Shown here one piece after another: positions 40,476-55,113 of a stretch of DNA of 64,000 nucleotides. A program made the translations under genes and the position numbers. The stretch spans positions 60,946,001 to 61,010,000 of the forward strand of contig OX597815.1 of the NCBI GenBank assembly GCA_951406725.2, in the 5' to 3' direction. Origin of the DNA: Octopus vulgaris. Its lineage: Eukaryota. The first letter of the stretch is position 1, and the number at the start of each line of letters is the position of its first letter. A model generated the notes under the pieces. The model was not told the origin of the DNA. It was given only the letters and a program-made list of their open reading frames with translations, and did no database searches.

Positions 40476-41447
40476 TTTAAAAGTTGCAGATTAGGGTAGT
40501 GAAAAATATTTTAAGTGTCACAAAGAAACATCAACTGTTTTGAAAAAATAATAAAAAAGGAAGAGAATTGAAATATAGACAAACAACAACTGGTGGGTGT
40601 GTTTATAGTTTTTATCAGCTGGGACTCTTTCTAAATATAACAAATTAAATTTACTCCTAATAATATACTCTACAGTTATAAGGAGACGGCTGGAACCCTC
40701 ATCTATATATATATATAATCCCTACTTTGAGTTTTCGGTAGTAATATTTGCTGGTATCATATATCAGATGTTAAATCTAATTAGATAAATAAAATGCTGA
40801 TGTAGCGCTCTTACGATCCAGCGGTTACATCCTAGTTATTTCCCTTGATCAAAGGCCATATGGTTTCTCGACTCTTAGTCCTTGATCCAATGGAATGATC
40901 TGCTTGTTCGCCATTCGGGGGACACAAACAGCGTCGATTGCATATAGCCATTACTGACGAAATTTTAAGCATTGCAGTGCTAGATCAGTGTTGACCTAGA
41001 GTTAAACAACAAGAACAATAACAACATAACAACCAGCGCTATCTTCAGGACAACTATGAGTGTTGTCATCGCCGATACAGAAACTATCATCACTATCACC
41101 ACCACAACTACTGTCAACACCATTACTACCACCACTATCAACACTACCACCACCTCCAACACCATCATCATCCTCACCGCCATCATTAGCATGGCACCAC
41201 CACCATCAACGCCATCACTATACCGATTACTGTCACTACAGCACAGAGGGCATTTCATCACCACTATCAATACCACCACCACTACCACAACAGCCACAAC
41301 TACAACCACCACCAATAGCACCACCATTACCATCACTACCACTGTCACAAGATTTACACCTCACCACCCCCTGCAGCAAACTATGCAATCGTCACTGCTA
41401 CCACTACCTCGACGACGGCAACGGCAACCACCACCACCATCACAACA

Positions 41448-41503
<56 letters not shown>

Positions 41504-41998
41504 ATACGTCAAACTAAACAAATAGGTCATGGCTTTCACTTCCGACGTTTGTTTCGACTGACGTGTGAAAGTGACAACTGACAGTAGTAGTAGTGGTGGT
41601 GGTAGTGGTGGTGGTGGTGGTGGTTTTGGTGGTGGTAGTTTTGGTGGTGATAGTGATGACGGTGATGATGTTATAGCTGTTGTTGTGATAGAAGAGGTGG
41701 TGATTGAAGTGTTGATGTTGCTGTTGCTGCTGCTGCTGTTGTTGTAGGTGGTGATGGTTGGGTATTAATGTTGGTGTTATTGTTCTTCTTGTTGGCAGTA
41801 GTGGCATTGTCGTAGTTGCTGTTTATTTCTTTATTTCCCTGACTGAGGGAACGAAGGGCTGCGTCCATAGCCTTTTTCCAGTGTCTCCAAGACGAAAGAA
41901 AGGACATATTCTCAAATCTGGCATTAATGACAAATGCAACAAATAGGTGGGATTTGGTCGTAACATAGCAGTAATATAAATGCTATATAGTTCTGTTG

Positions 41999-42316
41999 TG
42001 AGGGCGCGTGGCTTAGTGGTTAGGGCATTCGGCTCATGATCGTAAGGTTGTGAGTTCGATTCCCGGCGACGCGTTGTGTCCTTGAGCAAGACACTTTATT
42101 TCACGTTGCTCCAGTCCACTCAGCTGGCAAAAATGAGTTGTACTTGTATTTCAAAGGGTCAGCCTTGTCACTCTCTGTGTCACGCTGATTATCCCCGAGA
42201 ACTACGTTAAGGGTACACGTGTCTGTGGAATGCTCAGCCATTTGCACGTTAATTTCACGAGCAAGCTGTTCCGTTGATCGTATCAGCTGGGACCCTCGTC
42301 GTCGTAACCGGCGGAG
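41999..42316 (+). mobile_element. tRNA-derived SINE family C
   Basis: tggcttagtgg A box, gagttcgattccc B box, gtgtccttgagcaagacact. Confidence 0.9.
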
Positions 42317-42574
42317 AAAGAATATAGTTCTGTTATATAGATATAATGAAGTAGTGATATTGCAAGATTTTTGTAATACAGTTGTGATACAGTTAAAGTG
42401 TAGTTGTAATATAACTGATTTAAAACTTCGTGGCAATATTAATTTTAAAACTGAGCCTACAAAAGTCAGTGTTGCACAAAGCTCAGTCAAACTGTTATGA
42501 AATTACATATATATATATATATATTCTAGTAATGTAGGTGTCCTGACAGCCTAAATCCTAATTAGTGCCAATTA

Positions 42575-42616
<42 letters not shown>

Positions 42617-42617
<1 letters not shown>

Positions 42618-42723
42618 AGGGTGATTCAAAAGTCGCCATACATTAGAACAATTTATTTTTTTATAAGTAAGTATTTTTGTTAACTGTTTCTTATAAGAAC
42701 AATTAATTTTTCCTATGTATGGT

Positions 42724-42729
<6 letters not shown>
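42617..42729. mobile_element. Small palindromic Tc1-type MITE, uninterrupted copy with right TIR clipped
   Basis: TA-cagggtgattcaaaagtcgccataca...tgtatggtgacttt. Confidence 0.7.
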
Positions 42730-42812
<83 letters not shown>

Positions 42813-42956
42813 GTTTATCTATCTATCTCTGTATGTATATATACATATATATAGAGAGAGAGAGAGAGGGGAGAATTCACTAAAAGCAAAAGACGAAGAC
42901 AGGTGGTGTAGACAACAAACATATGTATTAGTATAACGCTCGGAAAGTGAAAAAGT

Positions 42957-42992
42957 CTTTAACGTTTCGAGCCTACGCTCTTCCACAGAAAG
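42957..42992 (-). ncRNA. Minimal Penelope-type hammerhead-like motif, CTGTGGA core
   Basis: cttt-CTGTGGA-a-gagc(gtag)gctc-GAAA-cg-TT-aaag; related to 23438-23473. Confidence 0.55.
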
Positions 42993-43370
42993 GATCTATC
43001 ATGGCGAATGCCGGACAGAAGGGTCACACAGGAGAGCTAGGAGAAGGGGGGATAATAAGGTAGTGGTGATCCCAAAACGAAGGTGCACGAGCGTGTGTAT
43101 AAGAAAGTTTGTATGTGCGTGTGGAAGAGGGCTGGTGATTTTGACGTGTGCGTGTGTGTATGTGTAGGTGTGAAAATGTGAGTCTGGTAAGTGGTCAGTG
43201 CTGATGTGTTCGTGGTGGTGTGATGTGATGTGTTGTGTGGTATGTTGGTGCAAGGTGTAATGGTGTGTTGGTGTTGGGATGGGGGAGGTGAGAGTGGGGG
43301 AAAGCAAGGGTGTGGTGTGGGTTAGGCTGCGGGTGGGGGTAGAGGTGGGGTATGTGAACATACATATATA

Positions 43371-43423
<53 letters not shown>

Positions 43424-43607
43424 TACTTTATTATGACTAAAGCTGCGAAAACATCACAAAAAACTGCTACTCAGAGTTTCAGGCACCCATTAGTCGGACA
43501 GTTTAGATTAAGAATATGATGTTTTTTGTGATGATTTTGCAGCTTTAATAATAATACATGTTACTCAATTACTATTTTTCCTCGCCTTTTTTCACATTTA
43601 TGTGCTT

Positions 43608-43724
<117 letters not shown>

Positions 43725-43755
43725 GGCTGTCCACATAGTGGTTTTTTAGCCCTAA

Positions 43756-43803
<48 letters not shown>

Positions 43804-43804
43804 A

Positions 43805-43929
<125 letters not shown>

Positions 43930-43938
43930 GTATATATA

Positions 43939-45076
43939 CAGGGGTTAGACAAAATAATGAAAACACCTTAAAATTTCAAAGAAATTTATTTTAATATGGG
44001 GTAGGACCACCTTTGGCAGTAATTACAGCTTGAACTCTACGAGGTTTGGACTCGTACAAACTTTGAATTGTTTCCAAAGGAATTTTTGTCCATTCTTCAG
44101 CAAAAACAGTCTCCAGTCTTCTTGTAGTGATGATGGTGGAAGATATCGACTCCTTACTTGTTTTTCGAAAATGTACCATAATGTTTCGAAAATGTTCAAT
44201 AATGTTGAGATCTGGGGACTGTGGTCGCCAGAGAAGATGTTCAACTTCTCCAGTTCAGCAACCATAGGATAAATTTGATCAGATGAAATGCTTAAATAGT
44301 TTTGACTATTAATTCTGTTATGGAGGGAAACCATTGGGCCGGCGGATCTCCAAGATATAGTCCCCACCCCCGATCATCATAGATCCTTAACAGTGGGAAG
44401 AAGGCAGTCTTAGTCAAATGTTTCTTTTCGCTATCTCCACACGTATACTCGGCCGTTGGTCGGAAATAAGGTAAAGAATGACTCGTCCGAGAAAATAACA
44501 TTCTTCCACTCTAAACGCTTTGCAACGTTTGTCTTTGAAAGTAGTGGTTTTCTGATTGCAGCCCTCTCGTGTAATCCGGGAACAGCTTTTATGGAAACTG
44601 GATTCTTGAGGTGGTCATTAAGATCTGCAGTAATTTTGGGAGCTGTACTTTTGTGATCCTTTCTAGCAATTCATGTAAGAGTTTGACGGTCCCTATCTGA
44701 AAGTTTTGGTTTTCTTCTGAAGTTTTGTTTCGATGAGGCGGTTTTTCCCTTTTTCTCGAAGGCTGTCATTACTTTCAAGACAGTACTTCTTCATACATCA
44801 AACATTTCGGCTGTTTTCGTTACGCTAGCGCCTGTCATATGAGCACCAACATTTTGACCTCTTTGAAAGTCCGATAGATCTGTCATTTTAATGAATTTTA
44901 ATTACCTTTTTTCTGATGATATCTGAAAAGAAACATCAATTTTAGCAAAACATATTAAGCAACACTAATAATAAAATCAAGAACATAAAAATAAACAAGC
45001 TTTTGGCGGTTCTATAGATATTTCAAAATTATGATGCTATGATGCTTGATGTTTCCATTATTTTGTCCAAATCCTG
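43939..45076 (-). mobile_element. Tc1-like transposon, decayed
   Basis: TA-flanked TIRs caggggttagacaaaataatg / cattattttgtccaaatcctg; MTDLSDFQRGQ.. start; ..VITAKGGPTPY end. Confidence 0.92.
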
Positions 45077-45142
45077 TATAAATAAATATATATATATATA
45101 TATAAACAGCCATGCGTAATGTGTTACCATAAAGGAAAAATA

Positions 45143-45494
45143 TAATTGTCACTAAATGCGACTAAGAGTGTCAGGGCACCTATATTGCTAGAAATAAGAG
45201 CTAAAATGCTCTAATGCTGTAAGAAAAGCACATGATTATATACATATATAGGGACTGTGATCGCCTAATACATCGACCTAGTATAGGGAATTCTCATTAC
45301 TGAAGAGGCTACGGAAATAGCCGTAACAGAACATTCAGTATAGGGAATTCTCGATCGGTGTTCTGGGCGATTGCAGTCCTTATGAGCATATATGCATACT
45401 ATTATGTGCTTTTCCTACAACATTCGAACATTTTAGCTCTTATTTTTAGTAATGTAGGTGTCCTGTCAGCCTAAATCCTAATTAGTGCCAATTA

Positions 45495-45495
<1 letters not shown>
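45143..45495. repeat. Degenerate inverted repeat around a hammerhead-like remnant
   Basis: Arms about 45143-45277 and 45353-45495; CTGAAGA-ggcta(cggaaa)tagcc-GTAA at 45300-45326. Confidence 0.55.
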
Positions 45496-45527
<32 letters not shown>

Positions 45528-46603
45528 AGGGTGATTCAAAAGTCGCCATACATTAGAACAATTTATCTCTTATTATAAAAGGCAGATTTTATCTGCCTCC
45601 CTTTGTCAGTTATAGAAATCTCTTATTATAGAAGGCAGATTTTGTCTGCCTCCCTTTGTCAGTTATAGAAATCTACAATATAGGATTTCTTCAATTACAA
45701 TTTACCTAGCATTTTAAAGAGTAGAATGCATCGGGTCATGCCAGGTCCAGTTTTTAAAATTTAAACTCCAATTAAGCAAAATTTACAGAAAACTCACATT
45801 CTGGTGTGTATGTCAAATGCTTTTCTTAATGTGGTTTACACCACACGCACACGCACACACACAGTGTGCAACGAATAAAATGAAAGTAATTCACTGTGTG
45901 TGTGTTGACAGGTAGACAATAGAATGCGATGGCGATGGCGATGGCGATGTAATATTTGTTTCTGTATCACGCTGATAGATACATGAGTAAAATGTATGGC
46001 AAGCTAAGAGATAAGAGTGAGTGAAAATGTTCTTGGAAGAGAGTAAATAGCGAGAGTGATTTGAGGAAGACTTTACATTAAATAACCGTAGTGGCTTGTA
46101 TATATATATACATACATAAGACAGTAAGGTGTGATTTGAGGGAGATTTGGCTGCTATTTCTACCATGTCTAGCTGCCATGTAGGGGTCTCCCTCATAGGC
46201 TCATACATACATATATACATACATAAGACAGTAAGGTGTGATTTGAGGGAGATTTGGCTGCTGTTTCTACCAGGTCTGTTAGGCCTTCTCATGTAAACTC
46301 AAGCTTTCTCATGCCTTGAACATAAGACCAAAGCAGAGAATGTATTCTTTTATTCTTCTGCTTTTTCCAGCCATTGGTCTGTGGCCATGCTGGGACAATG
46401 CCTTGAAGAATTGTAGTTTAATGAATCAACTCCAGTTTTATTTTTGTAAGCATTGTACTTATTCTATCTGTTTCCTTTGTCAAACCACTAGGTGACAGGG
46501 ATGTAAACAAACCAACATTCGTTGTCAAGCAGTGGTGGAGGACAATCACAAGCACAGACACGCACACACACACACATACATGCATACACATATACACACA
46601 TAC

Positions 46604-46637
<34 letters not shown>

Positions 46638-46650
46638 GTGTATATATATA

Positions 46651-46950
46651 TTGCAGCATGGAAGGTGTTTGTAAGCCATTTAAGAAACACACAAAAACCG
46701 TTACATTCACTTCAACATTTAAATTTAATTTGCCAAAATATTTTCCTCGCTTTGAGACCGCGACCTGTTCACTGACAAAAATATCGTGCTAACAGGTCGC
46801 GGTCTCAAAGCGACGAAAATATTTTGACAAATTAAATTTAAATGTTGAAGTGAATCTAACGGTTTTTGTGTGTTTCTTAAATGGCTTATAAACACCTTCA
46901 ACGCTGCAACTGTTTTCGTTCCAGCACACGATCTCAGATCAAGTCACTTG
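46651..46950. mobile_element. Inverted pair of the G3-C8 hammerhead family
   Basis: Minus-strand motif 46729-46779 retains GTGAACA; plus-strand copy 46791-46831 is clipped in the core. Confidence 0.7.
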
Positions 46951-46969
46951 CTTTGCAAGTACATCTCTG

Positions 46970-47027
<58 letters not shown>

Positions 47028-47031
<4 letters not shown>

Positions 47032-47428
47032 CGCAGGAGTGGCTGTGTATAGGCGCAGGAGTGACTGTGTGGTAAGTAGCTTGCTAACCAACCACACGGT
47101 TGCGGGTTCAGTCTAACTGCGTGGCATCTTGGGCAAGTGTCTTCTGCTATAGCCCCGGGCCGACCAATGCCTTGTGAGTGGATTTGGTAGACGGAAACTG
47201 AAAGAAGCCTGTCGTATATATGTATATATATGTATATGTGTGTGTGTTTGTGTGTCTGTGTTTGTCCCACTAGCATTGCTTGACAACCGATGCTGGTGTG
47301 TTTACGTCCCCGTCACTTAGCGGTTCGGCAAAAAGAGACCGATAGAATAAGTACTAAAAAAGGTGGTTCTCCAGCATGGCCGCAGTCAGATGACTGAAAC
47401 AAGTAAAAGATTAAAGAGTAAAAGAGAG
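47028..47428 (+). mobile_element. SINE family A with duplicated head
   Basis: aggcgcaggagtg twice, then a full body. Confidence 0.88.
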
Positions 47429-47998
47429 TATATGTATATTGGTAAAAACAGTAAGATAACAAAAGAAAGAAAGAGACCTCAATATTATGTAAATAGAGGA
47501 AATCTTTATATATAAAAGTGAGGTTGTGTGTCTGTCTCCTACGATTTAGATTCCTAACTACTCCCACATTTTGCGGTGCAGTTTAACCAAAACCGGGTAT
47601 CTTATAGTCGTGATTCATATCGAGACCGTCTGGGTATTAGCGCGCGTCTACGATGAGTCTACGATTTTAAAAAAATTTACCATCAATTTTTCCCATTTTT
47701 AATCCATTTTTGACATATATAAGGGAAGTAACTCTCTAAAATTTATTATTAAATCTCAGAACGTAAAAAGCTACAGTAACACCCCTCCCCCTTTGTGGTT
47801 AGCCATATTGAGATGGCTATTATACTTTACATCTCTAAAAATGCTTATATAATTATTTCCCTTACAAACCCGAGCAACGCCGGGCGATACTGCTAGTTTT
47901 TTTATAAGAAAGTTTTTTTTTAACTGTTTCTTATAAGAAAAATTAACTTTTCCTATGTATGGTGACTTTTGATTCACCCTGTATATATATGTATGTAT

Positions 47999-48333
<335 letters not shown>

Positions 48334-48664
48334 ATTATTCCTTTTAAAACTGACCACAAACATTGGTGACTAGTCCAGTTGATCAAACACCTACGACACT
48401 CATCATTATAAGTGACGAAGATCCATTTACTGTCGTTGTTGTCGTTGGTGGTGATATTGTTTCTGTTATTGTTGTCGATGTTTTTGCTGTTACAGCTATT
48501 CGTTTTCTTTCTCTTGATGTTGCTATTGTTGTTGTTGTTTCGAATACTACACATCTTCCCATTGCTTTTGCTTTTGTTTATGTTGTTGTTGCTGCAGTTC
48601 TGGTTTTGTTTTTCTATCGGGATATGTTGCTGGTATTATTATATTTACTACTACAACTACTACC

Positions 48665-48695
<31 letters not shown>

Positions 48696-48736
48696 CCACT
48701 ACCACCACCACCACCACCACCACCACCACCACCACC

Positions 48737-48783
<47 letters not shown>

Positions 48784-50692
48784 GGATCTTTCTGACGCAG
48801 TCACAGTTTTTTTTTGTTTTCTAGTTTTCAAATTTGGTGTGCTGGTTTAGTTTTATGTGCTAATTAAGAAAGTGACATTTTTTGAACCCTAACCATAAAC
48901 CTAAAGCTAACGTACAATCTTTTTCGTTTTTGTAATTTTTGGCAAAAAATAATTCATTGAGGGTTTTTCATTTTAAAATTTATATACCTGTTCGACCGTT
49001 TCACATGACTTTCTTCATTAAAACTTGTTTCAACTTTTGTCGTCGTAATCTTTTTGCTTTTCTTTTGTGATAGACAGCTATCAGAAAATGCTAGCTTCCA
49101 AATCCTGCTTTTTGAATGGGTAAAAAATTAAGAAAAAATTTTCTAAAGTTTTTCTTGAATAGTTGAATCACAAAATCGGATTCGCCATGAAAGATTAAAT
49201 TAATATACCAAATTTGAAAAATGCCATTTAATTTTAAAATTTCAAAATCAGTGCCAGCAACACTACTACTACTACTACTACTACACGTATTGATTTTTAT
49301 TTTAATTGTGATGTTGCTATTGTCGTTCTTAGCTCTGGTCATTGGCATTTTTGTTGTTGCCACTACTGCTCCCAATGTTGTTGTTACTGTTATTTATGTT
49401 GTTTATGCTGTTTATATAATTGCTCCTTATTGCTATCGTTGCTATAGTAATTACAACAGGTGCTGCTGTTGCTGTCACGTGTCTTTATCAGCTCCAGACA
49501 CCGACTGTTGTAATCCTTTCACCAGTAGTAATGTTTTGTGGAGTATTGTTTTTTTTTTCTTTTCTATACGCGAGTTAAAGTACCGCGTGGTCAACTTTTC
49601 TTTGTACATCAACGGTAGCCGCTACAAAAACATAAAAAAAACTGATCAGAATGGGCCACCACTGGAGGTAGAGGAAGCACTATGAAACTAAAGATTGTTT
49701 TGTAAGCCCGAAGTATTGAGTTCGTGTCTAGAATAGTTTTAGCAACGCTAACAGAGCCGCCTTACTATTAATTCCGTCATCGCCACCCAAATACTAGATT
49801 TCACAATAAATACTACTTTCTATTACTGCTGCAGTTGCTGTTGTCATTTTTTTTTTATTTTGTCGTTGTTGTTGCTGATGCCGCTGGCGCAGTTGTTTTG
49901 TTGTTGTTTCTTGAACTTTTTAAAGTGTCAGTGAGAAGAAACAGGCGTTTGGGAGATTTCTTTAGGTTCTTGCACCAAATAAATAAACTGAATGCCTTTT
50001 GCTGTATAATGGCTTCAGAGAGTGAGACATATCTGTGACATATCACTCACCTAAACACAACATAACATTTACTCCATATTTTTCATGATTCTAATGCTTG
50101 TGCATCAAATTTAGAAATAAAAGTCCGTAATACAAGTCCCGTGGAGGCTTAGAGGCTTAATGGTTGAGGTATTGTACTGACGACAGCAAGAATATGGTTT
50201 CAATTCTCACCGGTTGGTATAACGTATTCTTGAGCAAAATACTTCTTTTCACGAGTATATACGCCAGAGAATCAGAGAAACTAGCCTTATGAGCCTATAG
50301 CTCAGGAAGGACCTTTTCTTTCAATGATACAGCAACGCCAGCACTTTTTTTTTCTCCTCTCTCTGCTTGCTACATAATATTTACCTTGATATCTCTAGGC
50401 ATCGCTACACTTGCCAGACATCATGGGTAAACATGACTATGGAATGTGTCATAAAGCAAATTACTTCATAAAATGTAGGAAACTGCTCCATCACTCAAGT
50501 TGACTAACATAGCAGCAGCAAATGCTGCAAACCCTAAGGGTAAACAAAGCATGACTAACTAGTTGTGTTCTTTTGTGTGCACTAATAAAGCAACGAGATG
50601 ATTCCATATACGAAGGTTCACACTCCAGCGGCAAATTCCGCGGAAGGTCAAGCAACAAGAACGTTTCACTGATAAATTACGACAATACTGAC

Positions 50693-50888
50693 TTAAAATT
50701 TTGGCACAAGGCCAGCAATTTCGGGGGCGGGGATAAGTCGGTTACATCAAACTCACTGTTCAACTGGTACTTATTTTATCGACCCCGAAAGAATGAAAGG
50801 CAAAGTTGAGTCCGGCAGAATTTGAACTCAGAATGCAAAGACTGACGAAAGGTAATTTGTCCGACGTGATAACGATTCTGTCAGCTCA
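50693..50888 (-). mobile_element. SINE family B
   Basis: Reverse complement of the B body. Confidence 0.75.
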
Positions 50889-50933
50889 ACACCTTTAGTT
50901 ACGACAAAAGAAATGTAAGATGAGGGCATACGT

Positions 50934-50984
<51 letters not shown>

Positions 50985-51012
50985 CATACATATACATACA
51001 TACATACATACA

Positions 51013-51079
<67 letters not shown>

Positions 51080-51111
51080 TTTATTTAAAAGCAGCAGAAA
51101 TTCAACAAAAG

Positions 51112-51149
51112 CTGTTACTCGAAGTTTCACGTTCCCGTTCGTCGGACGG
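51112..51149 (-). ncRNA. Hammerhead-like motif, CCGACGA core (family of 30696)
   Basis: ccgt-CCGACGA-acg(ggaa)cgt-GAAA-cttcgag-TA-acag. Confidence 0.6.
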
Positions 51150-51228
51150 TTTTGTTATATATATATACATATACACATATACATATATATATACGCATAC
51201 ATATTTATGTATATATATATATATATAT

Positions 51229-51299
<71 letters not shown>

Positions 51300-51451
51300 T
51301 GAGAGTTATACTAATAGATCTGTTTGTTTTCTACACCACCTGTCTTGGTCTTTTGTTTATTTCGTGAATTCTCTCTATATACACACATACATACAAATTT
51401 AATACATATTTATATATATACATATATATATACACACACACACACATATAA

Positions 51452-51489
<38 letters not shown>

Positions 51490-51493
51490 ACCC

Positions 51494-51979
51494 GAAGAAT
51501 AGGATATCTGACTCGCTAGAAAGAGTAGTTAAAACTCCAAGCCACCAATTATTGTAATTCCGAAAGTGATTGGAAAATAAAAACTTTTACCTTAATCCTA
51601 GACCCTGCAAGGTTTCTGCAGACTTAAAATACAGACTGAAATAAAATGATTTCAGCCTATATCTGGCGCTGCTTCTTCAGTAGGTTGCTAGGACTGAACA
51701 CATAGGCACGGAGCGATAAATAAATTAGAACCTATAGACATGTGGCGGGTTATTTATCGCTCCGTGCCTATGTGTTCAGTCCTAGCAACCTACTGAAGAA
51801 GCAGCACCAGATATAGGCTGAAATTATTTTATTTCAGTCTGTATTTTAAGTCTGCAGAAACCTTGCAGGGTCTAGGATTAAGGTAAAAGTTTTTATTTTC
51901 CAATCACTTTCGGAATTACAATAATTGGTGGCTTGGAGTTTTAACTGCTCTTTCTAGCGAGTCAGATATCCTATTCTTC
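51494..51979. repeat. Near-perfect 230-bp inverted repeat, 26-bp spacer, one hammerhead per arm
   Basis: 51494-51723 vs 51750-51979, about 3 mismatches by eye. Confidence 0.95.
51789..51876 (+). ncRNA. Type-I hammerhead ribozyme (mirror copy 51597-51684, minus strand)
   Basis: ccta-CTGAAGA-agcag..ctgca-GAAA-ccttgcaggg-TC-tagg. Confidence 0.75.
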
Positions 51980-52201
51980 AAGTATCTCTTTTGTGTTTGA
52001 ACGTACACTGTATTCTTCTTTGAATAATATATAGTCTATTGACTATTTTTTCTTTCTTACTAGACCACTGGTAACTAAGGATCTTTCTATGAATATTCTT
52101 GCTACTCTAAGATTTTAATTAATTATATACATATATATATATTTCTTTATATTTTATATATATTTCTTTATTCATACATATATATGTAAGTATATGTATC
52201 A

Positions 52202-52278
<77 letters not shown>

Positions 52279-52368
52279 CATACATATGTATACATTATAC
52301 ATGTTCGTTTCAGTGATGATAAAGACATTTCTAATAATATTTTCATTATTATGCTGTTTTTATTATTT

Positions 52369-52800
52369 AAGGCGGCGAGCCGGCAGAAACATTTGCATGC
52401 CGGACAAAAATACTCAACGGTATTTAGTGGCTGGAGCTGGCAGAAACGTTAGCGCGCCGGGCGAAATGCTGAGCGGTATTTCGTCTGCCGTTACGTTCTG
52501 AGTTCAAATTCCGCCGAGGTTGACTTTGCCTTTCATCCTTTCGGGGTCGATAAATTAAGTACCAGTTATGCACTGGGGTCGATGAAATCGACTTAATACC
52601 TATGTCTGTCCATGTTTGTCCCCTCTGTGTTTAGCCCCTTGTGGGTAATAAAGAAATAGGTATTTAGTCTTCCCTTACGTTCTGAGTTCAACTTCAGCCG
52701 AGGTCGACTTTACCTGTTATCCTTTCGAAGTCGATAAAATAAATACCAGTAGAGAACTGGGATCGACGCAATCGACTCAACCTTCCCCTCAAAATTTCAG
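52369..52800 (+). mobile_element. Nested SINE B copies
   Basis: A near-consensus copy (about 52434-52640) sits inside an older copy. Confidence 0.8.
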
Positions 52801-52979
52801 AATGTTTATGTTCTTAGCATTATTATTGTCATTGTTTTGCTTTTGTCGATCTTGTAGAGCTTAGTCCCAATATATGAAAACTATGAAGCCAGAGAATAGC
52901 CGCCCTAATAAAAACAACAGTCACTGACAGAGAGACAGACAGGCAGAAAGTGGCAGAGAGAGAGATGGAAATAGACAAG

Positions 52980-53060
<81 letters not shown>

Positions 53061-53061
<1 letters not shown>

Positions 53062-54861
53062 TGTTTCTTTATTAGCCACACAGGGCTGCACACAGACGGA
53101 ACAAATTACAAGGTAGAGGTTTTCTTTTTGGGGAGAAAAAAAATGGGGGTAGGTTTTCGATCAAAAGGGATCGTAAAAAAGGAAAGAAAAAGGAAAGAGA
53201 AAGAGGAAAGACAGATAAAAAATCGTTCAATAGGGATCATGTATCACAGAAATGTCATGATATAAAGTGTAAAGGGGGAAACAGATAAGGTTTATCCGTG
53301 GAAAGAAAAGCCTACGGAAAAGACCATGGTAACCTCGGTCAATAATGTCACATGTTAACACATTTATTTGCAAGTAAGTAACTCTCTGTTTTAAATTTTT
53401 CCGGGTTCATAGGATTATGCTCAAGTTGGCTTCGTCATTCATACGTACCATCCTTGCTACATTCACACAACTTTTTTTAAGTATTCGCTAAACAAAACTT
53501 GCCTCTCTACTCGCACTTTCCTTTTCAAGTGATACTTGAAGAAGTTGATGAGAGATTGGCCAGAGAGGAAAGTGTTTGTCTCTAATCCTTTCAGACGCGT
53601 CCACCAGATAGAGTCTTTCGCCATAGCCATAAGTATGATGAAAATAGCTCTTCTTTCCCGTTTGAAGGAAGGAGGCGTGACAATATTGACGATAGACTCG
53701 GCTGATAAACCGACTCGTCCCACACGTGACAGCAGTCGTTCGACATAAGCCCACAGGTCGGAAATTGTTGGACACTGCACGAGTGCATGCACAACGGTTT
53801 CGTCGCTCTGACCGTATCTCGGGCAGGTCGGCCCCGTGTTTCTCGAGCCGTGTCTGTAGAGCTTATCCCGAACGGGTAGCACTTCTCGATAGCACTGCCA
53901 GGCCAGGGATCTCTGGAAGTTGTCCATAGGTACCGGCCCGAAAGTCGTCCTGAACAGGCGGGTCAGGTATTCCTCGTCGACGCGACACTCGCGGTGCCAT
54001 TCGCCCTTCCTCGGCCTCTTTTTGATCCACGAATGTAGTTCGGTCATGGAGACGAGTTGCGGGAAATCGTGGCTCACAAACGGCGACCACACCTGTTCAC
54101 CGTCGTCTACGTAGAGCCGGAGATGTCCCGTCCTTTTAGGGACAGTTTCCTCTCGGCCCATTGCTGGGTGAGAGTAACCACCCTACACGTTATCTCGTTG
54201 CAGTTCTTCTCCATATGGAGGTCCGGACCAAACCAGACCCCGAGCAACTCGACCGAACCGTCGGTCCTGCGTCCCACGACGGAGGCGCTGGTGGGCGGCA
54301 TGGGCTTGCTTCTCCAGGTGCCGAGCCGCAAGCCCAGTGACTTTTCCCGGTTGATTTTCGTTCCTGTCACCGCTTCGTAGTCTTTCAGTGTCTCCCGACC
54401 AGCTCGATCTGCTCCTGGCTAGACACTATGACGGTGACGTCGTCCGCGTACGCTCGTCCCGCATCCCAATTCTCGCGGGATGCCCCTCAGAGTCGCCAGC
54501 CTCCGTAGTAGTTGCTCGAGAGTCAATACGTATAGAAGCGACGAGAGGGGGCATCCCTGACGGACCGAACGTGCAATGTCGAAAGGTCTCGATAGATGTC
54601 TATTTACGCGAATTACCGAACGGATACCTCTGTACAAAGCAGCTATCCACCCACAGAAGACGGGACCGAAACCAGCCGCTCTGAAGACAGCCTCCAAGTA
54701 TCGATGGTCTACCCTATCGAAAGCTTTCGATTGATCCAAATTGATCAGCGCCCCACCCATGCCAGGTTCCTTAAATACCCAGTCTATTATGTTGCGCATC
54801 AGATGGAGGTTGTCATGGATGCTCCGACCCGGCACGGCACACTTTTGCGCCTTGTCATACT

Positions 54862-54863
<2 letters not shown>
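53061..54863 (-). mobile_element. L1/Tx1-clade LINE, 5'-truncated, in TC/TATC microsatellite
   Basis: VPGRSIHDNL, LDQSKAFDRVDH, VRQGCPLS, INREKS, TCPR..ETVVHALVQC; AATAAA then (TATC)n. Confidence 0.92.
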
Positions 54864-54898
<35 letters not shown>

Positions 54899-55001
54899 AC
54901 AGGCAGATAGATAGAGGGAGGGAGAGAGAGAGAGAGGCAGACAGACAAGCAGAAAGGGGCAGAGAAAGACAGAGAGATGGAAACAGACAAGCAGATAGAT
55001 A

Positions 55002-55067
<66 letters not shown>

Positions 55068-55080
55068 AACAGGCAGGCAG

Positions 55081-55113
<33 letters not shown>

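Larger units (their letters stand above)
45566..47896 (+). mobile_element. Composite Helitron inserted at A|T inside the MITE (45527-45565 and 47897-47981)
   Basis: 5' TC at 45566, second 5' TC at 47503, cccgagcaacgccggg hairpin plus CTAG at 47896, no TSD; the flanks rejoin to match 42617-42729. Confidence 0.7.

Noticed and set aside
41999-42070. tRNA-like A/B boxes
   Set aside because: Head of a multi-copy SINE, not a tRNA gene
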